From Candidatus Omnitrophota bacterium (GTDB lineage Bacteria; Omnitrophota; Gorgyraeia; Gygaellales; Profunditerraquicolaceae), in NCBI GenBank assembly GCA_026387555.1, contig JAPLLM010000003.1, forward strand, positions 1,935-36,801: a stretch of 34,867 bases of DNA. Direction: 5' to 3'. Numbering within the stretch: the first letter of the stretch is position 1; every line of letters starts with the position of its first letter. A program made the position numbers and the translations under genes. The notes below the pieces were generated by a model. That model did no database searches. It was given only the letters and a program-made list of their open reading frames with translations, and was not told where the DNA came from. Positions 19,980 through 28,900 of the stretch are shown one piece after another.

Positions 19980-22900
19980 CATCGCATATTTCCAATGCTT
20001 TTGTAGATTTTCTGTTGTAAATGTTTTCTCAAACTTAGTTCGATAATATTGTGCCAATTCCAGAGAGAATTCTTCAATTGTCAATAAGGTAAAAAGGTAA
20101 AATGGACTGTTATGTGCATTTAATAATCTTTGAGATGCCAAGTTAATATCTTCTGTCATATCTGAAAAATCAACTAAAATCCAGCATCCCGCAGATGTCA
20201 TCATTGTATCAATCAGGATATTATCCGTATCCCAGTTAAAATACCCATGTTGCCAAATTTGCTCCTGTACTCCAAATGCCTCGTCTATCAGAATCCTTCC
20301 CAGAGCCGTGTTGCCGTGCGCCACAGCCAACCGCAAAGCGCCCTCTAGGGAAATTACGCCGTATTGCTGACTAAAAGCTGGTCCGCAATATAACTTTGCC
20401 CCCCTAACTCCGCGGAATCCTGGATAAAAATGTACATCTCCTATAAGACCTTTTAATTTCTGAGCCATGGTTACAACTTCCTGCATACTAAGCGCTGGTC
20501 GGGATAGAATACGAGTAACTATATTTTCAAACGCGGTCCGGAGCGTTTTTCTTTGTTGAATCATCTTTAATATCCGGAATATCATATTGATAGAAATAAC
20601 TTTTCTTACCAAGCTCTCAATAACCTTCTTAAATAAAGAGCTGCGTATCTGAACATTGGTGTGAATAGGCGTATTTACATTTTTATTCTGAACAGTGTTA
20701 AGGTAATGACGCTTAGGAATTTTAACCACCCTACTGGGATCTCTCCAATCTAGATAGGAACCCATGTTTTTACCGTCGCGGATAAATACAAGAGGAGATG
20801 TTCCTTGCTTAATTAAATTTTGCTGTTGGCGGAATTGCCACAGAAAATTTCGTTGACGAACCAATCCCCAAACCATTCGCAAGGCCTCCCCGCAACGACT
20901 GCCTTCTCTTTGACTAATCTTAAAAATCACTGGCGCCTCTATCAATCTAGCACCAATAACATCCGCCCGACCGAGTAGATTTGTATCAAATGAGGTCCAG
21001 TAATCAAAAGCATTATCCCAAATTCCATCTATAGTAACCGGGAGGATTTTGTCAAGAATGTCACGCGAAAACGCCTTAAAAGGACACTGGGTATCTGTTA
21101 ATGCTGAAAGCCTGGGCAAACAACTACGCACAATCCAATTATAGCTATATGAACCAATATTCCGCTTTAGCCCCCGTTGTAATATCGAACCTGGGGCAAA
21201 CTTTGAAGCAACCCCAACATTATTTGATGATTCCATGGTAGGACGTAAAATAATACCCTCTAATGCCAAATCTATGGCTGGCCGAATATGACCATAAATC
21301 ACGTAGTCTGCGCCACCCTTGATAGCATGGGCCATCCCATATGTGGCACCCGGCCCAAACCTGCCTCCTAGGCGATTGCAAGTCTCCCATGGTATTTCCA
21401 AGAATTTCAACTGCCCTTTGACTGCGTACGATAAACATTCCTGCTTAATTTTATCCTGCCATAATTCTGCAGGGGTATTTCTATAACTTTCTTCATGGAC
21501 AACAATCAATTCCCATTTTACATTCGGATTAAATCCATAAAGATCCTCCAGTTGTTCAAGACGCGTTCTGAGATATTCACTGCGCGCGTGATCCTCGGGG
21601 CGAGAAAGGACCATAACTGTGCTGATTTTGGTTAACACTGCTATACGACTAACCTGACGGTATGATTCAAACAATAGTTTGGCTTCCGGTTGCTGAGAAA
21701 ATACTGTTCCTAGCATACTCAAAATGGCAACGCCGCTTTCTTTTAATGATAAAGCTAACGCCATACGTAATAAAATAAACCTTTCCCTTACGGCAAGGTT
21801 ATTACTTCTGTCTGTGCTCAAAACCGCCCGACAGAAATCAAGCAATTTATCTGATTGTTTTGTTTTAACAATCTGCTGAAGAAGGCGTTCTTGGTACTCA
21901 AAACTGTCTTTAGCAATAACCCTAACCTTATTCTCTTCACATATTTCAACAGTGGCTATTTGGAGTAGCAGCACTTGTGAACGCGTTGCCGCTTTCCATT
22001 CATCAAGCAACTTACGCTGCCGCCAAATTCGGATGAAAAACTTGAGTGATAGCCAAGGGCTGACCACAGATAATCGCGGAGAATGATGCATACAGCTGGG
22101 CACTTCCCCAACGCGATAACCGCGCACTTTAGCTCGAGAAATCCATAAGTCGCTAGATGTGTAAAAATAATCGAAACCTTTTTCAAAATCGCCCTGAGCA
22201 GATACAGGAAGAATGGTATCAATCATTTCAGGCTTTACGCCTTTAAGCGCATTATGGGTATCCAGGATATGTCCGACAGGCAGGACGGTACGGATAAAAC
22301 GGTTCAGCACTATGCTGTACCAATAATACAGCCTGCCCATATGTAATACGCGTCCCTTTACACGGTTAGAACCAATGACAAGGTCTAGAGAACCTTCCAT
22401 AAGTGGTTTTATAATATTCCCCTCCAAGCCGACATGAGTATCTAAGTCAACGTTGGTGTAAATAACAATACCTGCGCCCAACTGCACAGCTTTGCGCATA
22501 CCGTATAAAACTCCAGACCCCTGGCAACCCTGAATTTGTTCTTTTAAGCTTTGATCGACTTCAAAAACGCATATCCGGCCAGATTTTAGTTCCGCTGTGA
22601 ATTCTTTCCGCAAAATCCCGAGCATTAAATCTGTAGTTTTAAAACTATTTAATGATGATGTGTATTTGCGGTCATCGCCATCTTGTACATAAATTAGTTG
22701 CCAATCTAAAAGCGGATTAACGCTAAAAAGTTCCTGCAACTGAAGAATCTTATTACGCATGGCATCTTCAGCTCCCTCAAACTCAGATTTCTTTTGAATC
22801 GACAGTTGATGTCCATAAACCGATATAACCGTAGCGACTTTAACCGGAGTGCGTATACGATAAAAACTAAGATAAGAATTAACCATGAGCTTAGCCTCAG

Positions 22901-25900
22901 CTATCATCTGAGGCTCCATACGGCAATCCTTAATAAGTCGTTCTAAGAAATCAGCTACAGTAGCAGCGTCTTTCCGTTTCAGAACGGCTGAACAGACTGT
23001 GGCGATTAATTGCAATCTTTCATTAGCAGGTAGAATAACGTTGATACTTTTATCGCGGTATAGAGGTAGCCCCAGAATGTCTCTCAACAAGACAAATACA
23101 TCTTCTTGCTTGGCGTCCTGAAAGATATTTCGCAATTTTTCTTGGCGTAGTAATTCATCTCGGATAGTCAATATTGTTACCAGCGGACTAGTTAAGGGTA
23201 CTGAAGACCTGACGCATGTTATGCCAACTGCAACTAATACCAATACACTGGAAATAAAGTAGGGGTCAACAAAGGGTAATATCGATAAAACATTGTTGCT
23301 ACTTCTATTCTCTGTATTCGCTCGTACCGCCGCGCCGACAGCTTTCTGAAATTTAAGAAGAACACCATTAATTGACAATTTTAACTTTTCAGTTGAACCG
23401 TTATTGTCGATTACTTGATTCGACATGCTCAAAAATTTTCGCTCAGAAGGAAATCCGGGGTTCTTGGCAAATCTCTTCTCTGCTAACTGTTTAGTCATGC
23501 CAAATTTACTAAATCTTGCTAACACGGTTTCCTTGCGTGCCGTTTCATTTCTACGTATATACCAAACCTCATCCCACAACGAGCTCAAGCCAAGTATATG
23601 GTTAAAAGCACAATCGACAATAATTAATCGGTTCCCCTGAACAAGTGCGCCTCGAATCTCCTCTAATACAATCTTTGCTATCGCAGGAATAAATATGCGT
23701 CTGAACTTTCTGTCTATGCGCATCACCAATATTTGCTTACCACCGATACCGCTTACTACTTCAGAGCACTGCTTAAAGGCAGAGCGCATTATTTCACGAT
23801 ATCTTGGGTTTTTGGGGAATTCGTGTTCGGTGTCAATTACGCGATAATTTAACGAAACCAGATAACTTGCTACTGTGGACTTTCCGCTTGCCGGATATCC
23901 CATCAATGCGATAATTTTTGCGCCTTTTTTATTTTTTAAAGCCAATAATTCTTTCATTTCACTAGACTGGGAATTACTGGTTACAAATGTCTTTATCCAT
24001 AATGCCACCGCGCCAACAGCTATACCTACAATCATTACTGCAGTCATAAGAAAATCGCCCAACACCATTCCCATCACCGCATTGCCTGACTTACCGTCAT
24101 TCTTCACCACGGTCGCCGCCGCGCCGGTATTCTTAAGCATAAATGGCTGCTCTCCCAACGCAATACCAAGCTCCCTATCTTCCTTAAGTTTCTCTAAGAT
24201 TGTGTTTACGATTTGTTCATGAATCAAGCACTTTATCCCGCAAGTTTTACAGATTTCCGGATCGTGCTTAATTTCTTTGCTTCTTTCTAATACTGCTTCT
24301 ACCGAGGCTTGCGAAAAATCTCCGACCTCAAAGTCTCCACGCCATGCATTCAAGGGATGCTCAAGGTAATCGCATAAAAATCCTACCCCAAAAGGATTGA
24401 CCACCATTTTGGACATCCGGATTTGGCAGGTCTTTGCCCTCGGCATACCGGTCAGGAATTTCTCATCGCCTCTTAAATCGTTCTCGGTCATTCCTCTCAA
24501 ATCTAAGCCCATCTTCATTTGTTTATTATAATTATATTTACCGCTCCGGGCATTCTCCTGCATAATAACAATCTGTCGCAAAATCTCTGCAATCTCCACT
24601 GGATTAAATGACCTGACAATCGCGCCCATATCAACTCTCACGGCAAGAAAATCGACGCCTAAATTATATGCCCAATCCGCGGCTTTCAGGATATCCCGAT
24701 AATTAGATGGTTCGGGGATCACTAAGTAAGTCAGACCGATTTCGACTTTAAAACCCGTTTCCCTCTTCCTCGTTACCAGTTCTCTGATATTGTTTTCTAC
24801 CCTCTTAAAGTTAAATTCTGGTTTAATTGGCCGGTGGACACTGCGGAACATTTCTTCGCCAATTGCAGATATACTAAATCTTACCCATCCGCTTTCTAAA
24901 GCAACTTCACGTGCCCGGCCAGCCAGAAGCTGACCGTTGGTGTATAATTTAGTACGCAGGCCCAGCCTGTTTGCTTCATCTAATATATGCCAGGCAATAT
25001 CTGTAGTAAGCGGCTCCAATCCCCCGGAAACCCAAATTTGTTCTGTCCCGCCCTTAGCAAATTCCCTGACCAGCTCTCTGGCTTTTTCGGCGGTCAAAGG
25101 TTTTCTGCCATTCCTGCTATCTTGATAACGGAAAGGACAATCTTTGTTGTGGTTGGTATAACAATATACGCATTTATAGGGACACCATGTGCCCGGATGA
25201 AACTCTGCAAGAAGTGGATAGACAACGGTTTTCTCATCAAAAATCCCCTCTAAACTCTTGCAGTGCTGCAACTGGAATTCGATCTCCCCTGCCACGCCGG
25301 CAAATTCGCTGTTATTGATCAACATCTGATGCAGCCCAGACACAGAGCGCAACATTCTATACGCCCGCAATAACTCACTGACTGAAAGATTGTTTCTTCT
25401 GCAGATCTCTTCGCTCTTGGCAACCGGAACCAATAATAAGGAACTAAGAACAGCGGCGGTATTCTTCAAATCTGGGGCTGAAATCTCATTACCTGATTTC
25501 GTAATCAGGCCTTCCAGGATCGGCGCAGCTTTTTCCGGGTCATTTTTCAGGAGTCCGGCGAGGTCACTGAGCGCCTGCGGCCCTTCAAATAAGAACTTTC
25601 TCTTGGTTGGATTAAACGGTCCTTCCGCAATAACTAGGACACGATTAGGGGAGGTATTCAGGAAGCGAAAACGATGTGCGGAAAAATTAATGGCCTTATC
25701 CCCTGCTTTCAATGAAACCGTGTACCGTTCCTTGGCGTGCTTATCCGCGAATACTGCCTCGCACTCGCCTTCTAAAAGCATGACCATATCCAACAACGGA
25801 CGCTCATCAGACCCTGCTTTATCCCAACTTAAGGAATTAACGGGTGGCTCTAAATGCAGGTACTCACCTTCACCGGATCTATCCTGCGGAGTCTTTAAGC

Positions 25901-28900
25901 CTGCGCCTAATGGGTTAGAAGGAACAAGGATGGGTTTCATCGCCTTATACTTCGGGTCATTCTGCCATAAATTGCTAGGGATAGCCGCAATTAACTCGCC
26001 GCCTTCTCTTATTACGTTAATATCATTAAGTAAGTCGAGTTTTTCTGCCAAGGTTTGCGCTTTTTTATCGATTATTCTATTTTTGCTGGCAAAAATCGTA
26101 AAGACAGCACCCACGCTTGACGCTTGCAGGGTATACGGAACGTACAAAGCCGCAATTCTTCCTTTCTCCAACGAAACCTTCTTGCCGGCAAACGTCAGCT
26201 CAACATCCCCATTTTCAATAACTATAATATTTTCAATACTATCTTCTTTCTGTTGATAGCATTCTCCTTGCCTGCTGAACGCTCTCGTTGAAATTGTGAT
26301 TGTCTGGCCGACTTCGTCGAATGATGCGACACTGCCTGACCTCATAATGATAGCAAGACGATCCCCTCTGCTATTCCGTACTTCCTCCATTATTCCCAGT
26401 GCAAAAATTCCTAACCCAGCTAAAAGTATATCTGCAGCCGGTTCGCCGGTAGAAATGAAAGGAATAACGAGGCCCATTGTCGCATTGCTTGACTTAGCTT
26501 TATTTGTTGCCCTGGCCGTCACCGCTACGCCGAACTTCTTCGCAATAACCGTAACCAGTTCCCCTCTTCCTCCAGCCTCTATTTGTTTTTTATTTTGGAT
26601 TACGCGTTGGAAATCTGCATCCGAAATCAGGCCATGTTCATGCTCTACGGCAACCCAGCGTTCATTAAATTTAGTTTCCAAATGCACTATCTCAAATCCG
26701 CTTTTCTCAAAAAGCATTCTTAATGTTTTCGGAGAGAAGTAATAGAAGTGGCCTATTTTAATATCGGAAAATTCCCTACCCTGGATTCTTCCTACTTCGC
26801 TATCCAAATTAGGCAATCTGGTTATGTACAACAGTCCACCATCCTTTAAAACCCGGCGCGACTCAGCTAATTCTGCGCTTGGGGCCAAAAGATGCTCTAA
26901 TGTTGCAAAATAACCCAATAAATCCAGCGAATTGCTTTCAAAGTTACGTTGGTGCAATGTTCCGTGAAAGGCCTTAAGGCCGTCCCGTGTTAACAATCCT
27001 ACCGCTTCCCTTGAAGTATCAATGCCTTCAACATCGAAGCCAAGTTTAGCTGCAGCTTTAAGATGATGTCCAGGGAAACCGCAACCGACATCCGCCATTT
27101 TCACTTTTTTGACATCGCCTAAATAGCGAGAAATAAATTCTATCTCCTGTGCTGCAGCGGCTTCCCTTTCAGGGCTAAGTTGATAGAAACCAGGCTCCCA
27201 TTCTATAACCCTAGGATTACGCACATAAACCAAGCCACAATTCCCGCACCTTACGATTATATCCTTTCTATCCGCCCGATAGCCATGTCCCGGAATCTTT
27301 ATTTTTCCGAGAGGAATATTCTCATCCTTTGCCAGAATTATCGGACCTACCCTAAATAATTCTATCTGCCTACCAGACCCACAAAGATTACAACATGTAA
27401 TTTCCGCTTCCGCCGAAACCTGCGGTTGCCCTACTTCTCTGAGCCCGTTAGCGATTAAATCCGGAGTTATGTTTTTGAATTCTTCGTTTTTGATTAAAAC
27501 AGTGTACCCGCTCATTTCCGGCACTCCCCAGCCATTAGTATAGAAACTATCAGGTGCCCTTTTCACGCGCGGATAGATAAATACAACAAACTCTCCGGAC
27601 GGCATTTTCTTCAATAAGATATCCAGCATATCCGGCTTAAAGCCCATCCGGATAAACTCTTCTACTTTATTTCTGGTAAGCGCCTTTACCTCTTGGCTCA
27701 CTTTGCCTCTAAGTAGTGTGTTATCCACCGGCCAGGATGGCACTCTACCTATACTCACCGCTCCCCTTTGCTCTTTAACTTCTACGGGTTGAGCTTCAAT
27801 GCTAAACCTATTCAGGCAACCTTGGAAATGGAAATGTTCTGGGATACTTCTGGCGGGACCGTTAAGGAACAGGCTTACTCCCGGAGCTTCAGCCACGAAA
27901 TCAAAAGCAACATTTAATACCTCTTCATCCCCCACAGTCTTGGTTTCTTCCCCGGTATGCCTTTTTGCCGCTAAGACAAAGCCGTGTTCCCTTGTCCAAG
28001 TAAAAGGATTTATAAGAATCCTATAATCACGCCAAGAGAATCCTCTCTGAGCCAGCGGCATAAATTGCGGGCACAGGTTACACCTCGTCCCACTCTCCCC
28101 GCCTATCTCTTTTATATCCAAAGCCAGACGCTTGATTAATAGTGGGAGGATATATATCCCATATTTTCTGGTGTATGTTAATGGGTGTAAGAGCATATCG
28201 GCGGCATTCTTTGGCTCTGCTGATAAACTTACTCCTTGTTGATAATGTTTGGGGTCGCGGTGGGCACAATAAGCCGCCTCAAACGGATCTACCTTCTTTG
28301 TCTCTATCCCCTTTATTCTGGCATCGACAAATCCCACTTTGCGCTGCTGCCAAGAAATGGCCTTGATTATATCCGTCATAGTGTATACTCTCAACCAGCG
28401 CAAGGATAATAACAGTAATCCTGCTGTAAAAGGATCAAAAGCACCAGAAATTTTATGATGCCACGCTACCTGTTCGGGTGCATATTTTAGATAGTTTTTC
28501 AGCACTAAGATTGTTGCTAATACTATAACTACTGCTAGTATCGCTGTACCAGGGAAGGAAATTAATGAATTGCAATTTACATCTGTGGATGGTTTATTTT
28601 CTGATGCAGGTTTTGTTGCGGGACTAGACTGTACATTCGGCGGCGCCTGCGACTGCTGCTGACTGGCTAACTCCCTAATTTTCTGTTGAGCGTTTTCGGG
28701 GGTAAAAGAAGAGACAAAAAGTATGGAATTAGTAAGATCCAAAGAATGGAAATAATAATTTATTGTTCGACCGGTAGTTAGAGGTTCGAATGCCGTATAA
28801 GAATCAGGACAAATTTCACTTTCGCTTTTTTCTAAACCATCTTCTTTTTCTCTGGCAAGATCTAAGCTTAAACTTATCACAATACTAGCCAATATGGGAT

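Noticed and set aside
25390-26256. Largest + strand track ORF (288 aa), plus the other + strand ORFs such as 7514..8014, 26296..26742, 29530..29988, 1436..1822 and 34106..34492
   Set aside because: All lie antisense to the giant minus-strand ORFs. Their translations are Ser/Pro/Leu/Cys-rich and low in charged residues, with no motifs, as expected for shadow frames of a coding strand. None is longer than chance allows opposite a stop-free frame.
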